A stretch of 60,330 bases of DNA, the filler included, from Basidioascus undulatus (lineage: Eukaryota): the NCBI GenBank assembly GCA_000826855.1. It is 3 parts of 3 records of this genome, joined end to end, with 100 filler letters (N's around TTAATTAATTAA, not from the genome) between each part and the next. Parts side by side here need not be neighbours in the genome. Positions count along the whole stretch, not along the records: positions 1 to 20,112 come from JTLS01000382.1; 2 more parts are not named here. One strand, given 5' to 3'. Under the pieces are notes generated by a model. That model was not told the DNA's origin. It made no database searches and was given only the letters and a program-made list of their open reading frames with translations. Made by a program: the position numbers and the translations under genes. The first letter of the stretch is position 1, and each line of letters starts with the position of its first letter. This document shows, piece after piece, positions 1 through 10,262 of this stretch.

Positions 1-233
1 CCACCCCCGTGCACGCGCGCGCCGCGCCCGGGCCCGGGCTGAAGAAGCGCGAGTCGCTCGCGAACATCGCGGGCATGCTTTACACGCGCGTGCAAACGCG
101 GCTGGGCGAGAAGAAGATCGCTGCTGGGAAGGGTGGGAGCGCGGCGGGGCGCGGGGTTGGCGCGGTGGGGGACGAGCGCGCGAGGATGGAGCGCTACGAG
201 ATGACGATCTATGATTCTGGGGGGGGATGGTAA
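1..233 (+). CDS. 3' end of an unidentified protein-coding gene entering from the left edge
   Basis: Open frame with high-GC3 codons (...KKRESLANIAGMLYTRVQTRLGEKK...MTIYDSGGGW*) ending at TAA 231-233, followed by an AT-rich 3'UTR-like stretch. Confidence 0.55.
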   Translation, partial: TPVHARAAPGPGLKKRESLANIAGMLYTRVQTRLGEKKIAAGKGGSAAGRGVGAVGDERARMERYEMTIYDSGGGW

Positions 234-1989
234 ATGCGGAGTGGACAATAAGTTCATGATATGTCTCTTATGTTGCTCACATATCAATCTCTTATGTATT
301 ATGTATTTCATGTTTTCATCCCTATGACACAGGTCCATTATGCCCTGCTTCTTCTCTCTCCTTTTCACCTGACTTTCATCTCTCTCACGCTTCCTTGTAT
401 ATTCGTTATTTATCTAGTGCTACGAGGTGAGATGATTAAATTCATGATTATACGATACAGGATACATACAATATTGCTGTCTGTCTTCGCTGAGCTGGAC
501 AGACAAGTCGTTCGTGTCAATTGCCACTTGCATCGCAGTGAATTGGGGATCCATGATCGCCGCGTGTGTCCGTTTTCGACATCACCAATTGAGCTGAAGG
601 GAAATTCATGAGGGACAGACGACCGCCGGTTAAGGTCGCTCTGAAACCACAACGCTTCTTGAACACTCCGTCATTCATCGGGCTGCATTGGGTCGCTCCG
701 ATCCTCCGCCTTGGGAGCAACTTCTCTACTGGTTTTTCGTGGACCCAACTGTACTTCTCGGCTCCGTGTGACGACCAAACAGCAACCCCGCCTCAACAGC
801 GGCGCGCGAGGTGCGTCGGTCAGTGGGGATTAAACAGTGCAAAACGGGCCACAGAGGAGTTGAAGCATGCCCAGCGATTTTAGGTTCAAATTTGAGGGCA
901 TGCATTTTGCGAAAAGGCGCGAGGCTACGCCAGCCGAATGGAATGGAACGGAAGGACGCTGTTGTTCAAGTTGAGGCAGGCAGAGTTCTTCGCTGCCGGA
1001 TTGCTTTGGAGGCCCAGAAATTACACGACATAAACAAGAGCAAAATGGTGATTCTGAAGGTGGGAAGCATAAAATGTCAGAGATGCAGAAGGTGCTGTCG
1101 TTTGTGCTGTGAAAGGACTGTGTACTGTCGATATCGTTGCAGAGACCTCGTCCGTTCAACCCCCTCATTGTATGTGTGATCTGCTTGTTCATTCTCATTC
1201 TTTCATTTGGCTTTATTCTTCCCTCTCATAATTCGCGCTGGCTAGCTGCTCCGACCATTATCATGTGCCCCGAGCCGAAGGGCAGTCGCCGAGCGCATGC
1301 CGTCAGACATCAGACGTCTCTCAGGTAAGTGCAGCAAGTAAAATAGCCCCGACCGCCCTTCGTCCCCTTGTCTTTCATAATTTATGTATTGTCTCTTGGC
1401 GCCTCCAAAAGACTCCAAAGAAAGTGGGAAATGCAAGTCGAGTCTTGGCGAACGCGGACGGATGCACAAATGACAACTACATGTAAGGAGGCGAGGGACG
1501 TCGAAACATCGGTAAATTCGGAAAAGATACAAAATGTCAATCGATAAGACAGCGATTAGGTACAGGAAATCTGATACGAATCTAAGGAGCCGCGTGGTGA
1601 AACGCAAGTGTGACCCTGACTATGTGCTCATGTTCCTCGTCTTCCTCTTTTCAGACCCTCTCACACTCCCTGCCCTTCGCTCTTGGGAGGTCCCCGTCAA
1701 CGCCATGGAGCCCTGTCTCAATGAGCATTCTCGTGCAGGCACATGGACTTTACGCTCGGTTTCCAGTACCGTTTCGTACCCGTTTCTTCCTCCTTTGCGT
1801 TTCGTGCGAGCGCCGAACGCACCAGCCTGCACGGACCAACTGACTCCAGAGTCCCTTGCATTTTACGAGACTGTCCTGCTTGTTCCCTTAGAATTCTCTC
1901 GATCGGGAGAGGAGAGGTCTGCGCGAGCATGCCGGTAGGGCTGGTTGACAAGGTGGCCAGAGAAAGCGGGCCACGGGGCAGGAGGAGGA

Positions 1990-2660
1990 GTGAATGAATG
2001 GCATGGATGGATGAGGATGCAAGGTTGGCCGACCTCTTCTTGCCCTTGGCGCGGTTGGACACTTGTTGTTCTAGTGCAGACCGTTGCAGAAGCGGCACAG
2101 GCTCGGCAGCTGTCCGCGCGGAGTCGCGCGGAGTCTCCTTGTTCTTGGCGAGGTTGGCGGCAGCAAAGCCCCTGCGGCAGTAATCCTCCTGACGGACAAG
2201 GGACATGGTCATGTTGAGGTCGAGGTCCTTGTTGTCTTGCAACTTGACAGTGGTGATGAGCGCGCCATACGACTCAGGAAGTTGTGCAGGGGGGATGGAT
2301 GAGAGGACATTGTTAGGGAGATGGAGGCCAACGGTAAGAGGCTGAGGGTGATATCGCTGAACTCCGGAGATGCTCCTCCATTGATCCAGCCTCGTCAAGC
2401 CAGAGGTTGATGAGGCGGTGGATGAGCCAGACCTCGGTATGACGGGTCTTTGGCTCGTAGTGCTTGAAGATCTCATCCCATGCAGCCTTGGTGTGCGTGA
2501 TACCGCTGATGAACGTGACGATGGGCTGAGAGACAAGGATGATGAGTGAGAGCGTGGCCTAGTTAGTGCGGTCCCAGAGCAGGTTTCGGCGGCGATGGCC
2601 TCAGATGACGAGGATGAGGATGGGACAGGTTGGTCCAGGGTGACACATATCAGGCACAGG
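1990..2660 (-). mobile_element. Degenerate Ty1/copia gag (UBN2-like) remnant
   Basis: Two frames give ...TKAAWDEIFKHYEPK...LINLWLDEAGSMEEHL... and ...LPESYGALITTVKLQDNKDLDLNMTMSLVRQED...GKKRSANLA, typical copia gag motifs separated by a frameshift. No pol is visible. Confidence 0.75.
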
Positions 2661-2852
2661 GGGTTCTGAGGGTTGGTCTTAAAAGCATTTATAGTATGCC
2701 CCATTTTAAGACCACAATGGTGCAACAATAATTGGGTTCAAATTTTGCCCCTAACTAATAACCAACTTTTGTGGATCTCAAATTATTGGGGGATTATCAT
2801 CCATCAATGCCGGTTTCCCAGATATTGGTCATTGCTAAACCATTTCCAAACC

Positions 2853-2912
2853 GTTTCACAGCCATTTCACAGCCATTTCACAGCCATATATTTCATTGCC
2901 GTTTCACAGCTG
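2853..2912 (+). repeat. Short tandem repeat, ~11-bp unit (CATTTCACAGC) x3 plus degenerate copies
   Basis: gtttcacagc catttcacagc catttcacagc cat...gtttcacagc read directly. Confidence 0.8.
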
Positions 2913-3230
2913 TTTCTGGAGCATTTTTGGGCTTCTAAACAATTCTATCATTTTCAATCTTTAGGGAGCCCGCTACAACAGGAAATGTGGGGCAACTGAA
3001 GGGGATCCAAGAAACAGTAAACTAAGAACACAAAAATTTACTTCTTACTGTGCACCTCCCACACAGTTAATAACACAGGCAGGGTTTGAACCAACAACTG
3101 AGGCACCTCAGGCCACTAGGTTAAAGCCTGTTGGACAGCGCAATGTTGGCCAAGATTCCCTGCGAGGGTGAAAGTTTCAGCACTAGTGCTGATGTTTATG
3201 ATTGGCAATGGCGTTTGGCAAACCTGTAAC

Positions 3231-3677
3231 TGTTGGAAGGCTCAGGAGGGCCAAGTTCGATTCTTAATTTTCTGACTTGAGCACAGTTCTTTGATGCTTC
3301 ATTACTCTTCCGCCTGTCCCAGGTCATGGACCATGACCAGTCCCGCTTGTCTATTCTCCCCTTTTGCACTTCTTGAATTTCCGCTCTTCACCCTTTCGAC
3401 TTTTATCTCACCACCTCCTTTCTTTGCACACTCCCTGCCCCCTCACCGCTTTCCTCAGTCACTTTTGCAAAGAGCTCGGTGGCTGAGGTCAGTGTGCTTT
3501 ATTGTTGCTTTATCCACACACCTGTTTCTTGCTGTTTTCTCCCTGTGTAGAGATCTGCTGATTGCTATAGGTTATGAGCCCAGAGTGTTCCATCTATATC
3601 TTCAGCCTACAACCTCCCCTGCCATCATCATGAGCTGACACTCCATCACTGCTGTCACCCTGCTCAAGGGTGACAAC
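3231..3677 (+). mobile_element. 5' end of a Ty1/copia element: putative LTR (~3231-3569), primer-binding site and start of gag
   Basis: TGTTG start at 3231. GGTTATGAGCCC at 3570-3581 matches the internal tRNA-iMet type PBS of copia/Ty5-like elements. It is followed by a decayed ATG...SITAVTLLKGDN gag-like start that is cut at 3677. Confidence 0.65.
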
Positions 3678-4148
3678 TGTCAGGACTGGGCTGGGCAAGA
3701 CAGACCACAGCAGGGACTACCAGCAGGGTTGGTGACAAGATGCAGGATGTATGGTTAGGAATATAGGACAAGGCTAAGAGGAGGGCAAGAGAGAACCTCC
3801 CTTCACCAAGGACATCTACACCCTCCCCTACCCTCTCCCTATTGTCACCTTCCTTTGTCCTATCGTCCTCATGTCCACCTCCTTGCCTTCCTTTGTCCTA
3901 TTGTCCTCCTGTCCACCTCCTCGCCTTCCTTTGTCCCTTCCATCAAGCTATTGTCCTCCTGGCCTCCCTTTGTCTCTCCACAGTATAAGAACCCCCCCTC
4001 CCTTCTTCCCCTGTCCCTCATCCGGTCTTGTTCTCTCTTGCCCTCCTCTTAGCCTTGTCCTCTATTCCTCGCCATACATCCTGCATCTTGTCACCAACCC
4101 TGCTGGTAGTCCCCGCTGCGGTCTGTCTTGCCCAGCCAAGTCCTGACA
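3678..4148. mobile_element. 471-bp TG...CA element (solo-LTR-like or foldback) with ~119-bp terminal inverted repeats
   Basis: 3678-3796 is the near-perfect reverse complement of 4030-4148 (TGTCAGGACT...AGTCCTGACA). The core has degenerate ~36-bp direct repeats and a TATAAG near 3984. No target-site duplication. Confidence 0.75.
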
Positions 4149-4488
4149 CCTGGACCTTGCATCTCAGCCCGCCGTCAGCACACTCGATGTTGTCTGCATG
4201 CAGATAGGTGCCTGTGCGAAGGCCGAGGACTGCTGTAAAGATACTGAAGCGGAACCAGCGACCGATGTTGCATTTGCTGGTGTCGAGCTTGGACAGAGGG
4301 AGAAGGAGAGCCAGAGTCAGGTAGGTGAACGAGTGCTTCAATGGCGCTGGTTGCATGCGGGTGTGAGTGACACCATTTATGAGGAGGTGCACATGACTAC
4401 GGAGTCCTTTAACAAAGGAGTGCACAAGTGCAGCGACTGCCACAGCAATGAGAGGAAGTGAAAGCGGGAACGCCCGCGAAAGCGTCAT
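4149..4488 (-). pseudogene. 5' fragment of a DUF1365-family gene truncated at the 3678-4148 element
   Basis: MTLSRAF...NGVTHTRMQPAPLKHSFTYLTLALLLPLSKLD...VLGLRTGTYL resembles the fungal DUF1365 N-terminus (H-x-R...H-x-F-x-Y). The frame runs directly into the inverted repeat. Confidence 0.6.
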
Positions 4489-5303
4489 TGGCAGCGCGAA
4501 CAGGGATGAAAGCGAAGCAAACGCGATTCCATCGTTGCCGACTCGGAATCAGGCGCTCGAACAAGCCCTCGAAACTGAAGTCTGGATGAGAACTGGATGA
4601 GCTGAGAAGGGGGCGTGATGTGGGATGAAGGTGAGGGCGAAAGGCAAAGGAGCTAGCAGAGGCCAACGAATTTGCGCGAACTTCGGGGAGGTCGCGATCG
4701 GCAGACGTGCCGCGATCGACTCGGTGTCGGGGGCCGCTTTCGGATCTGAACTGCGAGGTCCTGCAGTGAAGAAACACCTGCAAAGAGCCTGTAAAACTTA
4801 CACGAGTATGGAGCAAGTTTATGTTGTGTGTGGTGTTTAGAGACTGAGCGCAAGTATTCCGCTGCCTTCTGAGAAACATGTTGCGCAAACGCGCTCTCAT
4901 GTCGGCCTGCGCTGTTTCTGGGCCGGGTCTCTCTGGCCGCCCTTCCATGGTTGTAAAATTCGAAGTTGAGCATCTCAAACATCATAAGATATCCACTGTT
5001 CGTTGTGGGTGGATCTTGAATATATGAGAGGGGCCCGGATATTGACGGCACGAAAGCGCTGTCATGGACGGCTCTTGTACTGCCGAGAGAAATGATATGA
5101 TGAATTGGCGTGCATGCTTGAAGATCAGGAGGTACCATGAGGACAGCAAGTCCACTTGGAAAGCTGGTTAATTGAGACGATCGTTGGGCGCCTCCTCGTA
5201 GGCAAGCACACACACGCCGAAGCCAAGTGCGAATGCGTGGGTATGAATACAACAATATGAAACGACAGCATCGAGCTGCCAAGAGCTGGGTTCCCACTCT
5301 TGA

Positions 5304-6406
5304 TCAAGCCCCCTTCTCGCACTCCACGAGATCCTTGAACGCCGCTCGCAACTGCTTCAGGAACATGTAAAACCCGCGGGTCCGGTTCAGGGCCGCCAGG
5401 AGACTCGGTGCAGTGTCTAGCGGAGGATCGCAACGGGCAACTGACAGCGGCACGCAGTCAGTTTCATGGTGTACTTATAGCGGCGGGCGCGCACTCACTG
5501 GCATAGTCGTGCTGTCGCAGGTCGATCTCCACCAAGAATGACCGGGCGTATTCACGGTCGTCGATGTGCGTGAAGGTAACAGTGAGGAAGTCCTCTGCAA
5601 TGCGTGTGCGTGTGCGTGAGCTTCCTGGTGCTACATTCGGGCAAAAGATGGAAGACGGGACACACGCCGCTCGCTTCGAAGCTTTAGCGCCAACTTCTGT
5701 TCGAAGAAGGCGAGCTCCGGCGCGTTACGTGACGCTTGACAGTCGAGGAGCTTCTTTTCTTGGTCCTTCACTTTTTGAACCCTGAGTTGCGTTAACTTTT
5801 GGATGGAATAACGCGCTTCAGTCGCAGTACGTTGACGCACGTGCTCGCTTCTTGGCAATGCGATCCCGGTAGTCCTCGATCTCAGCGATGAGGGACTCGC
5901 GCGTGGTGGAGAGCGAGCGCATCTGCTTGTTGAGGTCGGAGATGGTCGCCTTGACCTCGGAGAGCTCCTGCCGTTCTCGCTCGATGTCTATGGATCTCCC
6001 ATCATCGACCTTTGCCCCTGCTCCCTACCCCCGGACCAAGAAACAGAGCGTGCTACTCACCGTGGACGACCTCAGCCTCCCTCTTTTTGCAGACCTCAAT
6101 CTCCGCCGAGAGCTTGGCAGTATTCTCCTTGCCCTCCGCCACGGCCTTTGCGTGCTCGGCCTTGCGGCGAGCGATCTTGTCGCGCTCCTCGTTGATGAAG
6201 TGGTCCAGGGTGACCTGGAACGAGGCGAGACGAGCGCGAGTGGCCTCGGTGCTGATGCCGGAGCGACCGAGGGCGTCGGGGATGGATGGGGGAGCGCCGA
6301 GATGGGAGGCAGAGAGTGGATGTCGGTGCTTTGAAGGGGTGGAGAAGGGCATTGGGTTGGAGTAGGACTGGGCGAGGCTGGCGCCTGCGGTAGCGGCTGA
6401 AGCCAT
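5304..6406 (-). CDS. SPC25: Kinetochore Ndc80-complex subunit Spc25
   Basis: Multi-exon. A coiled coil is followed by ...PELAFFEQKL...VTFTHIDDREYARSFLVEIDL...CDPPL...LNRTRGFYMFLKQLRAAF, the Spc25 RWD signature. Stop at 5304-5306. Confidence 0.88.
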
Positions 6407-6554
6407 GTGGAGCGATCGGTATGAGCGAGCCCAGTAGGCTGATCGATGTTGATTTTGGTAATGAAGACGATGGGATTAATGGCAAATGTGAGGACTAAAA
6501 CGAGAACGAAGGGGAGATGGGAGATGGGAGATGAGAGTCGGTGGGCAAGGGCAA

Positions 6555-6618
6555 GCGACGCGCGTGTTTTCAATTCCAAGTCAAAGTCGCGTTGCACTTT
6601 GGACGCGACAGCGCGTCA
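6555..6618. promoter_or_regulatory. Cluster of MCB-like ACGCG/CGCGT cores in the SPC25-DBF2 divergent promoter
   Basis: Five cores at 6558, 6561, 6588, 6603 and 6612, within ~60 bp between two head-to-head mitotic genes. Confidence 0.4.
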
Positions 6619-6961
6619 ACCGGGCCGACGTTCGCTCGCTCACTCGCTCGCTTGTTGACTCTTGATCGTCTTCGTCTTGGTCGCACTGGCCATCCGCCCT
6701 CACACCCTTCGTACCATCCTGCACCCTCATTTAACCCCCTCGAATCCCCTACTACTCCTGCATATTCCCTAGGCTAACTCCATCGTCTTGCTCTTGACTC
6801 CCCACGACCACCCGCCGGTCCACCGACTCGGTGCATCCATCAGCCTCTGCCCAGCACAGGCCGTCTCGATCGTCCGGCTCATAGAGACGACGCTTTTCTT
6901 CTCTTTGGACCCCTTTACCTTTGCCTGCTTGCACATCGTCTCCGCTCTCTTCCAACCGGCC

Positions 6962-9857
6962 ATGGTCGCCTCCACACCGCCTTCCCCGACCAAGGCGGCC
7001 CAGCCCAACACGTCGGTCGCAGCCATCCTCAACCAAGAGAAGGAGAATGACAGGGATTACACCATGAAGGTCCGTTTCGTCTTCGCCGAGTTCATGGTGG
7101 CTTTGTGGATGGTATATGGCCTGACGCCGTTCCAATTAATCGCTACTTGGCCCCTGTCCAGACCGCACCCCGCCTCGCTCAGCCTCCGTCCGGCATCCCT
7201 CGCTACGCCGCCGCGCAGGTCGCCCAGGACCTTCAGGACACGGTGTACGTCGCTCCGTTGTGGCGGTTGGATGTGGCTCATTTTGCTCGGGAATAGCATG
7301 GCGACGGCGAGGATGACCGTCGGACCGTCGCTCAAGCCGTGGCAGAGGGAGCAGCTCGCCAAACCCGAAGTGCAGCGCAAGGCGACCGTATGCCAGATGT
7401 GTAAGTACTATCGTCAGCGCCTTGTTCTTATCCGGCCTTCACATGACGTTTGGTTGAACGCTCAGACTTCCTGGACTACTACTTCGACTCGCTCAAGTAC
7501 CTGCACGGTCGCAAGCAACGTCTTTCCAAGTTCAAGAAAGATGTCGAGGACTTGAAGGTGCGTTAGCCCTTGCTTACCGCTTCACGTGTCGTTTCGGCAC
7601 ACTAATCTTCTCCTGGCTTCACAGTTGGAGCCGAACGTCGCGGCGAAGGAATGGACGTCCTACTGCGGGCGGGAGCGAGCGCTACTGTGAGCTCCTTCAA
7701 TCGCCTATTTACGCATAGCGCTGACATCTGCGTGCACTGCAGACGCAAACGCCGGACGAAGGTCCGCTTCAACCAGTTCCACATCATCTGTCAAGTCGGC
7801 CAAGGCGGCTATGGCGAGGTCTTCCTCGCGCGCAAGGTCGACTCTGGCGAGATCTGCGCGCTGAAGAAGATGAGGAAGCGGACGCTCTTCAAGATGGACG
7901 AGGTGAGCCACTTGCTGACCGGAGCGTGGACCTCGCTGACTGTGCAATGTAGGTCCGCCACATCCTTATCGAGCGGGACATCTTGACGACCGCAAGGAGT
8001 CCCTGGCTTGTCCGTCTGCTGTACGCGTTCCAAGACCAAGAGCACGTCTTCCTGGCCATGGTGAGCAGATGTGCACGTCACATCCGTGTAGCCATCAAGC
8101 TTACTATCGCCTGGCCTGGGATAGGAATACGTCCCTGGCGGTGACTTCCGGTAAGCGTTCCTCTCTGGCTGACCATGCTGTGCAAAATCTCGCGCTTAAA
8201 TTCGATGCCCTTCAGCACGCTTCTCAACAATAGCGGCGTTCTCAAGGAGGAGCACGCGCGCTTCTACATCTCGGAGATGTTTAGCGCTGTGGACACTCTC
8301 CACAAGCTTGGGTACGCCTTCCATCCAACCGCACCCGTGTAGAAGAATTGAGGCTGAAGCGCAGTCGCACAGCTACATCCACCGGGACCTGAAGCCGGAG
8401 AACTTCCTGGTGGACGGCTCGGGTCACGTCAAACTCAGTCAGTACTCGAGTCAGGCTTGTGTTCGGAGCTCGCCAAGACTCACACGTTTCCCCGTGCCTT
8501 CTAGCCGACTTCGGTACTATCTGTCTGCGTTGCCCTTGCAGCTAAATCCTGATGATGCGCTTGCTTCCACAGGCCTCGCCACAGGCTCACTGAATCCTGC
8601 CCGGATCGAATCGCTTCGGCACAAGGTATCTTGCGCATCGCGTTGTCATCTCCCCAGACCTGAATGCAAACGGCCTCTTCCTCCAGCTCGATGCGGTCAA
8701 AGACAAGGACGTCATCTACCGCAGCACGATCGAGCGTCGCTCGCTATTCAAGAGCATGAAGCAAAACAATGTCCGCTGGGTAAGCATGACATTAACCTGG
8801 AGACGTTCTTATTCTGACACATTGCCGCTACGCAGGCCGACTCGATCGTCGGAAGCCCAGACTACCTGGCTGCCGAGGTTATTCGCGGGAAAGCGTACTC
8901 GTTCGCTGTGGACTACTGGTCACTGGGCTGTATTCTTTTCGGTATGTCGGACTCTGGACGTCGTCCCGACTGTTTCTGATCCACTCGGGCATACAGAGTT
9001 TCTTTCGGGCTTTCCGCCTTTCTCGGGAGGGTGAGTCGGCACGGCCTTCCGTACAGGGCAGAGGAACTGACTCTTCCTTCTGTAGGACTCCCGAGGAGAC
9101 TTGGACCAACTTGCGCTCGTGGGAGAAGGCACGTCAACGAGGGAAATGCTCGAGCTGCGCGTGCATGCTTACGCCCTGCATCTTTGACAGGTGCTCCGCC
9201 GCCCGGTCTACGACAAGCCGGAGGGTAAGCGGACAGTGTTGCTCTCCTTCTAAGGCTGCGTGCTGACAGATTGCCAAAGACCTTGTTTTCAACCTCACGG
9301 ACACGGCGTGGGACGCCGTCACAAGGTGAGATGGAAGCGCGCTGCTGAAGGCGAGTTGTGCTGACAATGCCCGCCCTCTGTACAGGCTGATCGCGCACAG
9401 CTCCGTCCGATACGCGTCAATGGACCAGGTGAAGGCTCACCCGTTCTTCGCGGGGGTGCCGTGGGACACGTTGCGGGATTCGGCCCCGCCGTTCGTCCCG
9501 GCGCTCGACAGCGAGGAGGACGCCGGGTACTTCGACGCCTTCGATGACCGTACGTCATTGTCGGGCATTGGACGCAATTGTGGCTGACTTTGTCCCCTTT
9601 GCTTCTGCGCAGCCGCCGACATGGGTCAGTCTCCCTTCCCCAGGGCTGTTGCCTGGTACTGACAGCTTGTACACCCTTCAGCCAAATACGCCGAGGTGCG
9701 CGAGAAGCAGAGGAACGTCGAGGCTGTGAGGGACAAGGGGGAGAAGCTCGACCGCGGCTTGTTCTCGGCTTGGACGTTCGCTCCGCGTCAGAAGGTGACG
9801 GAGCAGCTCGCAAAGGCCCTTGCGGACTCGAACGACGCCTTCACGACCATGTTCTGA
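6962..9857 (+). CDS. DBF2: NDR/AGC-family cell-cycle kinase Dbf2/Sid2
   Basis: Many exons give FLDYYFD, RKRRTK, VGQGGYGEVFLA, HRDLKPENFL, KLTDFGLA, SIVGSPDY, GFPPFSG, PPFVPALDSEEDAGYFD and the C-terminus FTTMF*. Confidence 0.93.
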
Positions 9858-10262
9858 TCGCATTTCTCAGCCTGTTTCGGCTTTCGATTTACCTTCGTGC
9901 CTTTATCCTGTTTCGTCACCTCGTCGTACTTCACGCATCGCATCCAGCACAGTTCCCAACCTGTGGCGCAGCATTCCTGTTTCTCTTGCTCTTGGCAGTC
10001 TCATCATTGTCTGTTCGCATCTAAACGTGCGACTGCGACCTGCTTATGATCTGTATACGGTGAAGCAGCCAAAGGTTGGAAACAACGTTGCGTGACTGCC
10101 GCTGGACCGAAGTTGCTCAGGCCACGCAGACTTACCCAAGCTGGACCGAAAAGTCTTTCTGACTCAGAAGTCTTCCTCAGGGGCGACCAGTCCGAACACT
10201 AGGTACGATTCAATTACCCAAGCGAAAGTAGGAGTTTACACGAAGTCAACCCTTCAACCAAC

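Noticed and set aside
240..1950. Short ORFs and isolated splice-like signals
   Set aside because: No recognisable domain or coherent gene model.
3072..3160. Functional tRNA (including tRNA-Sec)
   Set aside because: No acceptor stem or anticodon arm can be formed; kept only as a tRNA-like relic.
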